Positions 27,693 to 41,910 are shown, numbered from the stretch's first letter. The stretch is 64,000 nt of DNA from Octopus sinensis (GCF_006345805.1 NW_021835146.1:1-64000), one strand, 5' to 3'. Program-made: numbers and translations. The notes: a model not told the origin generated them from the letters alone.

Positions 27693-28378
27693 GTGTGAGT
27701 ATGTATGCACGTATGTGTTTATGTATGTATGCACATGTGTGTATGTACGTGTGCACATGTGTGTATATATGTGTGGATGTGTGTATGTATGTATGTATCT
27801 GTGTATGTATGTGTGTATGCATGCATGTATGTGTTTATGTATGTGTACGCATGTGTGTATGTGTGTATGTATGTATCTGTGCATGTATGAGTGTGAGTAT
27901 ATCTGTGTATGTATGTATGTATGAATGTATGTACATGTGCATATATGGATGTATGTATGAGTGAATATATGTGTATGTATTCATATATGTATATAGTTAT
28001 CAGTATGTGTGTGTGTGTGTATGTATAAATACACACATGTATGTATATATTTATGTGTGTATATATATACATCTTTTTTTTTTCCTCCCATTTTTTCTCG
28101 TTGCATGTTCAATTAATTACTTAACAATCCACGCTACAAAATAATTAATTAATTCAATCAATGAGGACATATTAATATTCAGTCTTGTTGTAATTTTGCT
28201 CGACAAACCTATGTCTGCCTGACAACCAAATAATGGCGACTTCCGGAACATTTTTCGTTGATTCAATTCTCACGATTTACATAACAACACGTGTTTTCTT
28301 TTTATTTTATTTACTTATTTCATATTCGGTTTGTTACAGCTACTGCTGCTGTTGTTTTTTATCTCCAAATTTACCCTA

Positions 28379-28621
28379 TTTCTTTGTCCACAAGGGGCTA
28401 AACACAGAGGGTACAAACAAGGACAGACAAACGGATTAAGTCGATTACATCGACCTCATTTGTAACTGGTACTTAATTTATCGACCCCGAGAGGATGAAA
28501 GGCAAAGTCGACCTCAGCGGAATTTGAACTCAGAACGTAACGGCAGACGAAATACGGCTACGTCTTTCGCCCGGTACGCTAATGATTCTGCCAGCTAATG
28601 ATTCTGCCAGCTCGCCGCCTT
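28379..28621 (-). mobile_element. SINE family B with 15-bp TSD
   Basis: TCCAAATTTACCCTA at 28364-28378 and 28622-28636; internal 16-bp duplication GCTAATGATTCTGCCA. Confidence 0.92.
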
Positions 28622-28714
28622 TCCAAATTTACCCTAATCCATGAGAACTGTGTTGCAAGCCTTCCCAATATTTTTTGTCCCCAAGAACTAATACCCACCA
28701 GCCTATATAGTCCC

Positions 28715-28900
28715 CACCCGCTATCGCTTGACAACCGATGCTGGTGTGTTTACGTCCTCCATAACTTAGCGTTTTGGCAAGGAAGAGACCGATAGAATAA
28801 GTACCGGGCTTACAAAGAATAATTCTCGGGGGTCGATTCCTTCGGTCAAAAAACGCGGCGCTCCAGCATGGCCACAATCAAAATGACTGGAACATGTAAG
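28715..28900 (+). mobile_element. SINE family A, 3' half
   Basis: ATCGCTTGACAACCGATGCTGGTGTGTTTACGTC...CCAGCATGGCC. Confidence 0.85.
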
Positions 28901-30040
28901 GGAAAATTAGACCTAAATAAGTACGTCAGTCACCAAGCTGGCTGAATCGGTAGAGCGTTTAATAGGATGCTTGGCGTTATTTTGTTTCGGAGGTCTGCGT
29001 TTAAGTTCAAATCCCGCCGAGGTCATCTAAGTCTTTTGTTCTCTTGGATTCGATAAATACGGTACCAGGGACGTGCTGAAGTAGATTCTTCTTCCTTAGC
29101 GTGCCTCCTTTTCTCTCTTGCTTTATAAGATATTATAAGGAATTGTTGGAAAATGTTTAAATATTTTGTATAAACCAGTTTATTGCACATAAATTTGAAC
29201 AACAAAATTTTATATCGAGCCCCTACCCACCACACCACACCACACCACCACCACGCCACGACCACCACCACCAAAGGCCATATGGAATCCCCCCACCTCA
29301 GGCCATACGGACTCCGGTTGAGAACTACTATTTTAGTTTAAAAAATCGACCCAAGAACTTAGTTTTAAATCTGGTACAAATTCTATCGGTTCTTTCGTTG
29401 AACCTTTAAGTTATTTATTTTATAAACCCTCGGATGGCTGAATGTAGAAGTTTCGGCGACTGAATTCGAACTCAGGATACTTTAATAAAGGGGGAGGTCA
29501 AGTAATGTATGATTCGTTTACTTCCGGTTTGTTTAATGAGTTAATCTACTTCTAACGACTCCTCACTTTCACAGAACCAAATTATCGATTTCCTTGGATA
29601 AATCGTACAATTTCTGATTAATATTTAATAATTTGTCTATGATTAGTTAAAGTAAAACTTAAAACAGCATTATGGCGGTGTTCTCCTCATTGATTTTGAA
29701 ATCAATAATTTTTCTAAGTGAAGCCGTGATTGGCTGCATTTGCAATCAACATCTCTCTCTCTCTCTCCCTTTCTGATAACTTTCTGGATCATAGCTTCGA
29801 TTAAGTATGGTTTGACGGAATTGAGTTATTGATCTTTTTTTCCGTTTACCTGTGGTCATTCTATCATATCGAGCAGATCTTTGGTGAGGAGGGGGGGTAG
29901 AAATACATACATACATATATACATATAGATACAGCATATATATATAATATATATATATATTATATGTATATATATATATATATATTATTATATATATTAT
30001 ATATATATATATATATAATATATATATGTATATATATATG

Positions 30041-30120
<80 letters not shown>

Positions 30121-30172
30121 AGCATATATGTATGCATATGTATACTTGTATATATATATATATAGATACTAC

Positions 30173-30206
<34 letters not shown>

Positions 30207-30519
30207 GTGGAGAGAGAGAGAGAGAGAGAGAGAGTAGAGAGAGATAGAGAGATGCATATACGTATGCATGTATGTATATGTATACCTGTGTATGTATATA
30301 TATATATATATATATATATGTATTTTCGTTACAAGTAGGGTCCACGAATGACTGCTAATCAAAGGACGAGCTGATAGGCGAGCCCTAATCATAAATTCCT
30401 CCCACTACTGCTAATCAGTAATCTTTACTTACCACGTGGTATCTGTAATCAGCCATGCTGGTTGCATTAAGCGTACAGTGTACTTGCATCTGTCACAATC
30501 GGTCACGTGAGACTGCTAT

Positions 30520-30628
30520 TTGTGTGTGTATGTGTGTAGGTATATATATATATATGCATGCATGTATGTATGCATGTATGTATGCATGTATGTATGTATG
30601 TATGTATGTATGTATGAATGTATGTATG

Positions 30629-30660
<32 letters not shown>

Positions 30661-31082
30661 GTATGTATGTATGTATGTATGTATGTATGAATGCATGTAT
30701 ATGTGTGTGCATGTATGTATGATGTATGTATGAATGGATGTATGTATGTATGTATGCAGGTATGTATGTATGCATGTTTATGTATGTATGTATGTATGTA
30801 TGTATTATGAATGTATGTATGTATGTATGTTGCAGGGCTCGAATGCATGTATATGTGTGTGCATGTATGTATGTATGTATGTATGTATGCATGTATGTAT
30901 ATGTATGTATGTATGCATGTATGTATGTATGCATGTATGTATGTATGTATGATGATGTATGTATGTATGTAGTATGTATTGATGCATGTATATGGGTGTG
31001 CATGTAGTATGTATGTATGTATGTATGTATGTATGTATGTATGTATGTATGTATGTATGTATGTGTGTATGTATGTATGTAT
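30520..31082. repeat. (ATGT)n tetranucleotide microsatellite
   Basis: Seen directly. Confidence 0.95.
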
Positions 31083-31356
31083 AATCTAGTTGTCATAGAA
31101 TTAAGGAATGGTAATCGTTAAATTATTGTTGCTCAACCGATCATTTAACTAAGAATGTAATTTAATAAATATGATCAATTTATGCCAGTGATTAATAACT
31201 GGCAATCTCTCTATCTATCTCTCTCTCTCTTAATCTTGCTCTATCTCTCTCTATCTCTCTCTCTCGCTCACTCACTCTCTATAAACGTATGTGTGTATGT
31301 GTATGTGAGTGTGTATGTGTATGTGTGTGTATGTGATTATATATATATAAGTTAAT

Positions 31357-31464
<108 letters not shown>

Positions 31465-31550
31465 GGAGAATTTACGAAAAAACAAAAGACGAAGACATGT
31501 GGTGTACAGAATAAACAGATGTATTAGTATAGCGCTCAGGAATAGAAAAT

Positions 31551-31590
31551 GTCTTTTACGTTTCGAGCCTACGCTCTTCTACAGAAAGGG
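31551..31590 (-). ncRNA. Minimal hammerhead-like motif of a Penelope-like repeat (variant core CUGUAGA)
   Basis: Minus strand CUUU-CUGUAGA-A-GAGC(GUAG)GCUC-GAAACGUA-AAAG. A second copy of the same repeat lies at 58466-58505. Confidence 0.5.
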
Positions 31591-31691
31591 ACACAGAAAA
31601 AAAACAAGGAGAGAAAAAAAGAAGAGAGAAAAAAGGAGAGAGAAAAAAGGAGAGAAAAAAGGAGAGGACAAAAAGGAGAGAAAAATAGATG

Positions 31692-31757
<66 letters not shown>

Positions 31758-31794
31758 GAGAGATAGATAGATAGCCAGAAAGATAGATAGATAG

Positions 31795-31840
<46 letters not shown>

Positions 31841-32432
31841 TAATGCATTTTGGGAACGAGTGTAGCGTTCCTGACTAGTTTCCAGCAAGGTGCAACTATA
31901 GATATTTCATATCTTTTCTGATGGCCAGTGAGACAAGCAAAAGTGTGGCCATACGTGCGCGCACACACAAACACGTGCACACGCACTTGCGTTTTCGCGC
32001 GCGCGCAACCTTGCGCTTACACACAAACATTCGCCCAAAGCCAAACCGAAGACATGGAAGGACAACAAACACTTGTCGTACAATGGAAACCTCAGTGCGC
32101 GAAGGTCACTTCTGCCGCGCGACCCCTCACCTACCCACAGCAACGTAACTTTCAACTTGGTTTTTAATCAAGTTCGTAATTTCAGAGTATTTAGCTGTTT
32201 ATCATATTTTATCTTTTACTTGTTTCCGCCAATAGACTGCGGCCATGCTGGGGTACCGATTTGAAGAATTTTAGTCCAACGAATCGCTCTGCTGGTGCTT
32301 TGTCTATCGGAACCTTTCGTCGAACCACTAAGTTACAGTGACATAAACACACCAACACCGGTTGTCAGGCGGTGGTGGGGGACAAACACACATACACACA
32401 TAATATCTATATACCAATCTGTGTGTACGTAT

Positions 32433-32907
32433 GTCATTGTTCAGTTTTATTTCAAGATTTCTTGCCAATAGAGAATGAGCTGGTTTCTAACCTAGATTCA
32501 AGGCTCCTTCAACATCAACAACAGGGTATTTTTGTATGTATGTATGTATGTATGTATATGCGCAGATTTGTATGTTTTATGTATATATTCTCATACATAT
32601 AGTTGCATATCTAGACATGCTCTTACATACTGAAATGCTAAACTTCTTGAAAGTTTTACAGATTTTTACAGTTCCAGTGATGGAGTGGATGTGTAGTTCT
32701 TATTAGCTTTCTCCTTTCTGATTTTGAGAAGCCTAATTTCTCAATATTGGTATTTAGGCAGTGTGTTACACATCTCAGGGCCCCAATAATTACAGTTATA
32801 AACCTGAATTTGTAATTTGGATAGAGTAACTACAGATTTCTCAAAAGTTCAGTGTAGGTGTTCTCTTTTTCACTGATTTTCAGCTTTATGTTAACACTCA
32901 TTGGGCA
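32433..32907 (-). mobile_element. 5'-truncated RLE non-LTR retrotransposon (R4-like) in a (TACA)n tract
   Basis: Minus-strand translation CPMSVNIKLKISEKENTYTELLRNL*LLYPNYKFRFITVIIGALRCVTHCLNTNIEKLGFSKSERRKLIRT...SITGTVKICKTFKKF, then a UTR. The 5' junction abuts (TACA)n. Confidence 0.8.
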
Positions 32908-33087
32908 ACATGTATGTATGTATGTATGTATGTATGTATGTATGTATGTATGTATGTTGTATGTATGTGTGTGTATGTATGTATGTATGTAGTATGTATG
33001 TGTGTGTATGTATGTATGTATGTATGTATGTATGTGTGTGTGTATGTATGTATGTATGTATGTATGTATGTGTGTGTGTATGTATGT

Positions 33088-33210
33088 ATACGATGGGCTT
33101 TGGTCAGCCTGAGACTATAGCAGAATACACTAGTCCAAAGTGCCACGCAATGGGACTGAACCCGCAAATATGTGGTTGGGAAGCAAACCACACAGCCACT
33201 CCTGCGCCTT
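33088..33210 (-). mobile_element. SINE family A head, internally deleted
   Basis: CCACACAGCCACTCCTGCGCCT terminus; GGGACTGAACCC. Confidence 0.8.
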
Positions 33211-35397
33211 CGCAATTATTTGCGGGAGCACTCTCTTATTGGTAACTGTTGGAAACATAACAGCAAAACTCGTTAAAAGTCGGATAGTTAGGATGAGAGT
33301 CTGTGTAAATAGTTAGAATTAGGGCCAACTGTCTCATAGATTTTGTTACCCGTTTTAACATGAACACCTAGTTTTCCTCGGATACCTTTAGTGGAGTCTA
33401 TTTTATTGGAGGTGTAAGGTTCAAATTTCCACTTTGATGCTAATGGCCTTCCTTCCACCAGTCTCAAGGACTCTGAAAATTTATAAGATATTCGGCACAA
33501 CCCTTCCCTCTCGCTCTGACGAAGTTGTGAAAAAAATTACAGTTAAACCTGCAGAATTGATAGTTATTAACGGTTGTAGGTAAATGTTAATTATTCAGTT
33601 AGGAACCGATGATAATTTGGTTGATTAACTTTAGCTGAAATTGGAATTTAATCAACTAAGAATAATTGACTGCATTAGAAAGTGTAATTAATTAACTGGT
33701 TGATTTTTACTTTTAATTTATTATTAATTGATCATTTCAAAGAGTTTGGGACAGTGACCGTCTGCTTTTCGGATCATAGGAATCTGAAATGGTGCGTTGA
33801 TGGGGTTAACAAAGCTGCTGCATTTGAAACGTTGCAGGTCAGTAATGAAGAGGAAACATGGAAAAGAAGAGGGGTTCAGACCAATGCAATCACAAGAACT
33901 CAATGTTTAATTAGCGATTACAAGGGGAGAAAAAAAAAGTGAACACAACCAAGGTGCTTTTAATTTCTTTATAGGCCCCGGCTGGGCAAAACAATCTCTA
34001 GGACCCTTAGTATTTAGTTGCTGACAGCGGTTCTCGGCATACGTAGATTAATATTAGGGCCCTAGATTCTTGCTCCCACCCCAATAAACTTTCTGGACAG
34101 CTACGCATGCCTTAAGAATGTACTGAGTCCATCGAGTGGGTTTCTAAGTTTGTCATCGGGAATTGTGAAATTCAGAGAATGAGCAAACGAATAAGAATAC
34201 AGTTGAACGTTGGGGAATAATGTTTATGAGTTTAAATATATTTATCAAAGTGGGGTGACATTTGAAGGGTGGGGAGAAGATCTGCAGTATATATATCTGT
34301 GCATATCAGTAAGGTTGTTGGAAATTAGAAGAAATATAGTGTAGGGTTAATTGTAGCAGAAACAGTTGAAGAAATGTCCTGGCAAGAGATTAAGTACTAT
34401 ATGAAATACTTTCCGGCAGGTCATTGCTTAGTTTCATTGTCCGGTTAATGGGAACTAACTCGGGCTAATTGGACTGAGACGTGATGAATTAGAGACTGAA
34501 AATTATTTGCGAGGAAGGAATTAATTAAATTTTAATTTGATTTAATTTAATAATCGATTAATTGTTCCTAATAAGAAATAATAAATTCACGACATTTCTG
34601 AAGAAGAAAAGTAAAGAAAAAATGAGAAGAAAAGCGGAAGATTTCAGGATAAGTTTATTTATTATTGACGTTGGATATTATAATAATGCGCTGGAAGGCC
34701 GTGAGATGGCAGAATCGTTAGCGCGCCGGACAAAACGCTTGGTGGCATTTCTTCCGATTGCTTATTTCTTTCTTGTACAGTTTTCAAAGAGTATATCACA
34801 TCAATTGTCTCTCTCTCTGCCACTTAGAGTTTCAGGGTAAGCATTTTATACAAAACTAATAACCAATCTATTTAGGATATAATGACGTTGGATTATATAT
34901 AAAGGTGCAAAAGTACACATATATTTATATATAAAAATCACGCATACACACATGTTGACGCACAAACACACACACACACAAATAAATAAACATATAAATA
35001 TATATTGTGTCAGCGTTCACGCCGAATATCTGATGATGTGAATACGTTCTACGCCCACAAAACTTTGAGTAATGTGAAGTGTCTTATTAAATACATGTAA
35101 CTTCAAACAGATGAGCTGACTGCTACATTCTTTTGTCTGATCACTCACGCATATACATGTATATATATATATACATATATATATATATTTATATATATAT
35201 ACATACATATATATTATATATCATTGAATAAGATGAAGTCAACAAGAAAGTGAGCCGTTGGACATTTTTTGGGACAATTGTAGTGATTACAAATAAACGT
35301 CCAAATAAATACGTATATATGTATTATTATTATATATATATATATATATTATATATATATATTATATGTAATATATAATATATATATATATATAATA

Positions 35398-35450
<53 letters not shown>

Positions 35451-35743
35451 TATATGTATGTATGTATGTATATATGTAATATTCATATGCATACATTACA
35501 TCTGCTGGTTTTCTGATTGTGAAATGGATAGTACCTCCGGATTACTTTCATGGCTAGCCTCAGTTACTGATTTTGTTCAACTCCAAGTCCATCCTAGCCA
35601 AGTACGACGACAACCGAACATATTCCTTCACTGTTACATATATTTGCTCGTCTAGGACCAAATAGTCCAACATAAGGGAGTATCCTAAGAGGAAAGTGCC
35701 TGCTGTTCCTAACAGAACGAGCGATTATATGTAGGCAGCCATA

Positions 35744-35972
35744 AGACGGTGAGCTGGCAGAAACGTTAGCGCACCGGGTGAAATGCTTATCGGTATTTCG
35801 TCTGTCGTTACGTTCTGAGTTCAAATTCCGCCGAGGTCGACTTTGCCTTTCATCCTCTCGGGGTCGATAAACAAAGTACCAGTTTCACACTGGGGTCGAT
35901 GAAATCGACTTAATCCGTTTGTCTGTCCTTGTTTCTCCCCTCTATGTTTAGTTCCTTGTGGGTAATAAAGAA

Positions 35973-36009
<37 letters not shown>

Positions 36010-36010
36010 G

Positions 36011-36041
<31 letters not shown>

Positions 36042-36047
36042 TGTGTG
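35744..36047 (+). mobile_element. SINE family B with 14-bp TSD enclosing a (TA)n(TG)n tail
   Basis: TGTAGGCAGCCATA at 35730-35743 and 36048-36061. Confidence 0.92.
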
Positions 36048-36647
36048 TGTAGGCAGCCATATTAACCCTTTGGAGGGATATCAAGCTGTAGATGTCATCT
36101 GGAAAAGGGTTGGAAAGATGGTTTTCAGTTTCCATGTGTGGTGCAGCATTATATCTGACATAGGATGTCGAAGGTTGCTATAATATATTATGGTGAGGGC
36201 TCTGCAGAGACAGTCTATAATTAAATTTTATTCGTCTATTATATACTTTACTTCGTTTTATTTTTATTTTAATTTATTAATTTTTCATTTATTACTTTGT
36301 ACGTTGTTAGTGCTGATTTCGAATCCTCCCCTGGGCAAAACGATCAAGCCAGTAAGTAAGAATAATTTCAGCGACAAAAAAAAACAACAACAATAATAAC
36401 AACATAAACCGAATAAAAAAATTATTAAAAAAAAAAGATGAATAATACAATGGTGCAATGAAATAAATGGAGAAAAAAAATTAGAAAAGTATATAGCAAC
36501 CTATGACAACAATATTAATGAATCCGACGTCGTCAGCAGAGTTGGCGATGACGATGATGAAAAACCAACAACACAAACCATAAAAAAAAAACCCGTTGCA
36601 ATAACCATTTAAAAGTTATGAAAATTGCCTTTTATAACGAAATATAT

Positions 36648-36706
<59 letters not shown>

Positions 36707-36869
36707 AAGTGTATATTTTTACGCAGCAAAAGTGACTCATGACGGCTATATAATTAAGAGAGCCCATTACCAGGGAAAAGTACAAGGGTTTCAATAGTGT
36801 CAGGTATACAATAACATATACATATCATCCCTATATATATATATATATATTATATATATATATATATAT

Positions 36870-36941
<72 letters not shown>

Positions 36942-37072
36942 CTATGGTATATATATAATATGCACACATATATACATGTACGTAGGTAGATATGTATACG
37001 GTATATATATATGTATATGAATGTACACATATGGATATGTGTATATATATATATATATGTGGTGTGTGTGTG

Positions 37073-37104
<32 letters not shown>

Positions 37105-37734
37105 CAACAATAATTAAAATGAGGGCAAAGCAAGATATAAAACAGCGGTTCCTCAAATTTGAGATCAAAGCGGTAGATTTTGTTTATATCTCTCACTCAC
37201 TCTCTCTTTTTCCTTCTTTCTCTTCCTTTCTTCTCTCCCCCCACCCCCCACCCTTTCTCAACCCATGTGTATCTCACACTTTATTATTTATTAACAATGA
37301 ATTAACTCGAAATACCAAAATTTGTAAATAAATATATATAGACAAATAGATACATACGCAAATGAACAAACCAACTTTATGAAAAGTAAAAATAAAATAA
37401 AATACACAAAAAAAATATAGACAACAAACGAAAACACTTGCAAAAAAAAACAATAAAATAAAAAGTAAGAAAGACACACGAACTACATTTTCGTTAATAT
37501 AAATACGTAAATAAAATTAGAAATAAATCTTGTTCTCTTTCTCGCCCGCCATACCCGCCATGCCCGTCCCTGCCATCAGAGAATCAAAAAAAAAATAAAC
37601 GTATGGTATTAACCATAACCATTTATCTGGTTTTTGAATGTTCCCAGTAATGTGAGCATTATAAATGTTTTGCGAAAATCAAAGTCGCTTCAAAAAATAG
37701 AAAAAAAAAGAAACGGTCGTATGTTATTTTGGTG

Positions 37735-37751
37735 CCATTATTATTATTACA

Positions 37752-37789
<38 letters not shown>

Positions 37790-37809
37790 AATTATTATTA
37801 TTATCATCA

Positions 37810-37876
<67 letters not shown>

Positions 37877-38150
37877 TAGTATTATTATTATTTTTATTAT
37901 TATTATTATTTTTATTATTATTATTATTGTCATCATCATTATTATTGTTGTTGTTGTTGTTGTTGTTAATATTATTACAATTATTATTATTACAATTATT
38001 ATTGTTGTTGTTGTTGTTGACGATGTTAATATTATTGTTACAATTATTATTATTGTTGTTGGTGTTGTTGCTGTTGTTTTTGTTGTTGATATGATCATTT
38101 TCGGTGTTATTTTTGTTGTTGTTGTTGTTGTGATTGTTATTGTTATTACT
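37735..38150. repeat. (TTA)/(TTG)n microsatellite
   Basis: Seen directly. Confidence 0.95.
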
Positions 38151-38502
38151 TACGAACATTTTGGGGTTTTTTTTTGTATTTCTGTTTTTCATACTCACAT
38201 GTTTTTGTTGTTATATGATTTCTTTCATTATTCTCTGTGTGTTTTTGCAATGTAGAGTGGTTTGTATGTACGTGACTATACACACACACATGCACACACA
38301 CACACATATTTATATATATATATATATAAACATATACATATATACTCATACGCACAAATATATGTACACACACACATACATGACAGCACACACACATATA
38401 TATGTATGTATATATACATAGTAATATATATATAATTATATAATACATATAGCACATATAGATATACATATATTATATATAATATATACATATACATATA
38501 TG

Positions 38503-38556
<54 letters not shown>

Positions 38557-39318
38557 ATATATACGAATACACATATATATGTATGTATCTATCCATGTAT
38601 GTGTGTGTGTAATATGTACGTATGTATGTATGTATGTATGTATGTATGTATGTATGTATGTATGTATGTATGTATGTATGTATGCACGTATGTATGTATG
38701 ACTGTGTATATCACCAACACTATCGCTATGATCTAGTGCACTTTATTTTTGACAATATTTAAGCCACGTCCTTCATTTTTTTTTGTCAAGAATACAAATT
38801 GAAGGAATTTGTTTAGGACTGAAAAAAAGCAACACACACAAACATACACAAATGTACGTATGGCTCACATATACATCGTCACGTATGGATGTAGGTATAT
38901 GAACATAAACGGAGATGTAGATGGTTAAACCGACAACTAAAGTGATGTGTTAACAGCAAACACATTACCGTAAATATCAAACTAAAGACATCCATCTTTC
39001 CATTGAACCCTCTCCAACTCTAGCGCCGTACCCCAACCTTACAAATGGATAACAGCAGCAATAATGGTAAATATATTCCCTCTAAATTGTACAAAATACG
39101 GCTCTTCCAAACATATATGCATACATATATTCATGTGTTCTATACTTACATACATACATACAGACATACATACATACATACATACATACCTACATACATA
39201 ATACATACATACATACATACATACTAAATCATATCCAGAGATGTATGCGTGTGTTTGTGTAATATATAATTATATATAATATTACACATAAATATATATA
39301 TTATATACATATATATAT

Positions 39319-39361
<43 letters not shown>

Positions 39362-39910
39362 CGTAATGGATCGATATCATATATGCAAATATACATACAT
39401 AAGTGTATATAACATATATATGTATATATATATAATTTAATATATAGATATTATATATATATATATTATATATATATGTACGTATACACATGCATGCGTG
39501 CATACATACACACATACACATAATCTGTATATACAATTACCTCTTTCTCTCAGTATATATGATTATGTGTATCGGTATGTATATGTGTTTGTATATCTTT
39601 AGAAAAATTGCGTTGTTATTAAATATTTATGTTTATGCGTATGTATTTATGTATGTGTACGTGTGTGTGGTGTGTATGTGTGTATATGTGGTTCCCAACA
39701 TAATAATATACACGGCATTAATGCAACAACGCCCTAATTGTTGTATAATTCCAAAACACATCGTTTTAGTGCAAAATGTTTGCATCAAATATATCAACAT
39801 ATCCACAATAAAAATAAAACTGAAAAAAGACTATGTGTGGATATCGTATAATTATGCTGTCACAAAGAAAAAATCATTGCTGTAACCATATAAATATAAT
39901 AGAGACCTAT

Positions 39911-40572
39911 TGGCATAATGGTTAGAGTGTTACGCTGACAATTTAGAGATCGTGGGTTCGATTTCCTGTTCAAGCGGTGCGTTGTATTCTTGATCGAAAC
40001 ACTTCGTTTCACGTTGCTCCAGTCCGTTCAACTGTAAATAGTTGGATGGAAGCACTCCGTCGGTTACGACGACGAGGGTTCCGGTTGATCCGATCAACGG
40101 AACAGCCTGCTCGTGAAATTAACGTGTAAGTGGCTGAGCACTCCACAGACACGTGTACCCTTAACGTAGTTCTCGAGGATATTCAGCGTGACACAGAGAG
40201 TGACAAGGCCGGCCCTTTGAAATACAGGTACAACAGAAACAGGAAGTAAGAGTGAGAGAAAGTTGTGGTGAAAGAGTACAGCAGAGATCACCACCTTTCC
40301 TGCCGGAGCCTCGTGGAGCTTTAGGTGTTTTCGCTCAATAAACACTCACAACGCCCGGTCTGGGAATCGAAACTGCGATCCTACGACCGCGAGTCCGCTG
40401 CCTTAACCACAGGGCCATTGCGCCTCCTGTAAATAGTTAACCCTGCGATGGAATTGAAGGTAATATGTTGGCTTGCTTACGTCACCAGCCGGGTGACATC
40501 ATCATTCGATGCAAAGTGCATTGTGACTAGCGACGTATAACAACACCCGATGTACTGGTCGCTCACGTGATC
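39911..40572 (+). mobile_element. Old CORE-like SINE interrupted by a younger SINE
   Basis: Head TGGCATAATGGTTAGAGTG...GGGTTCGATTTCC. Its tail (40470-40570) is homologous to 58965-59072 on the minus strand. Confidence 0.75.
40044..40426 (-). mobile_element. SINE family E (tRNA-derived head) with tail X and 12-bp TSD
   Basis: CTGTAAATAGTT at 40032-40043 and 40427-40438; head shared with 53577. Confidence 0.92.
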
Positions 40573-40917
40573 TCAGGAATAGAGACATATATTTCGTGTG
40601 GGTTCAGTTTCAGTGCGTCTTAAGACATCTAGGGTAAGTTCGAGAGGGTAATAGACTAGCAGAGTAAACAGTAAATAAATTGCCACAAGACGAGAAACCA
40701 ATTCCTAAGAAAATTACACCCTGATTCTTTAGACTTTCGCATGAAAGTCTTTGATTACCGGCGTCTGTAGATGTGGCAGACGAAGAGAGAGAAGCAACAT
40801 TTATGGGTCCCGTTAATAAGAATTATCAGAGAAAGCCTGAAACACAGATTAAATTATATTTGCGTCTCCTAACAGTGCATAGGAAATACATTTACCGAAG
40901 TGGTATTCTGCACTTTA

Positions 40918-41148
40918 GGCGGCGAGCTCGCAGAAACGTTAGCACGCCGGGCGAAATGCTTAGCAGTATTCCGTCTGTCGCTACGTTCTGAGTTCAAATT
41001 CCGCCGAGGTCGACTTTGCCTTTCATCCTTTCGGGGTCGATTAAATAAGTACCAGTTACCCACTTGGGTCGATATAATCGACTTAATCCGTTTGTCTGTC
41101 CTTGTTTGTCCTCTCTGTGTTTAGCCCCTTGTGGGTAGTAAAGGAATA
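40918..41148 (+). mobile_element. SINE family B with 16-bp TSD
   Basis: GGTATTCTGCACTTTA at 40902-40917 and 41149-41164. Confidence 0.93.
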
Positions 41149-41458
41149 GGTATTCTGCACTTTAAGATGAAACTCAGACCTTCTGAATCTGTGTTGGGTT
41201 TAACATGTAAATAAGGAGAATTTGCAGAGACGTGACCCAAAATAAATCTCGGTGTGGCGACCCCTTCTTAAGTGCAACAGGCTGCAATTTCCTAAGAGAA
41301 TTGTACTAATTAGCCGCCACCAACGGACACAGGATGCATCAATAATTAAGGATTTGACAATTCACAATCCAGTTTATTGTAGAGACTCAGTCACGTCTTA
41401 CTGCTTGGCTGGCGATTCTTAGGAGACATCTCGGTCAACTGTTGAGGTTATTACAACC

Positions 41459-41475
41459 ATGACGGCGGCGGTGAC

Positions 41476-41516
<41 letters not shown>

Positions 41517-41543
41517 CGATGATGATGATGATGGTGACGACGA

Positions 41544-41577
<34 letters not shown>

Positions 41578-41839
41578 GATGATGATGATGATGATGATGA
41601 TGATGACGATGATGGTGGTGATGATGATGATGATAGCAATGGTGGTTGTTGTGGTGGTGGCTGTCGTGATAGTGACGATGATGATGATGTTGATGACGAC
41701 GACGACGGTAATGGTGGCGATGGTGGTGGTTGTGTGGTGGTTGCGATGATGATAACGATGGTGACGACGACGACGACGATGATAACAATGAGGATGATGA
41801 TGACGATGAGGATGGTGGCGGCGGCGGTGGTGGTGGTGG

Positions 41840-41870
<31 letters not shown>

Positions 41871-41877
41871 AACAATG

Positions 41878-41910
<33 letters not shown>

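Noticed and set aside
29315-29330. hAT/Charlie-like TIR GGTTGAGAACTACT
   Set aside because: No matching second terminus or TSD was found.
33288-33520. 70-aa non-repetitive minus-strand ORF with an acceptor-like upstream sequence
   Set aside because: No recognisable homology or partner exons; needs BLASTx or RNA-seq.
35024-35076. CUGAUGA hammerhead candidate
   Set aside because: G12 of GAAA is missing; at best a decayed relic.
36062-36180. Possible CR1/L2-type LINE C-terminus on the minus strand (NHLSNPFPDDIYSLISLQRVN)
   Set aside because: Similarity is too weak to call without a profile search.
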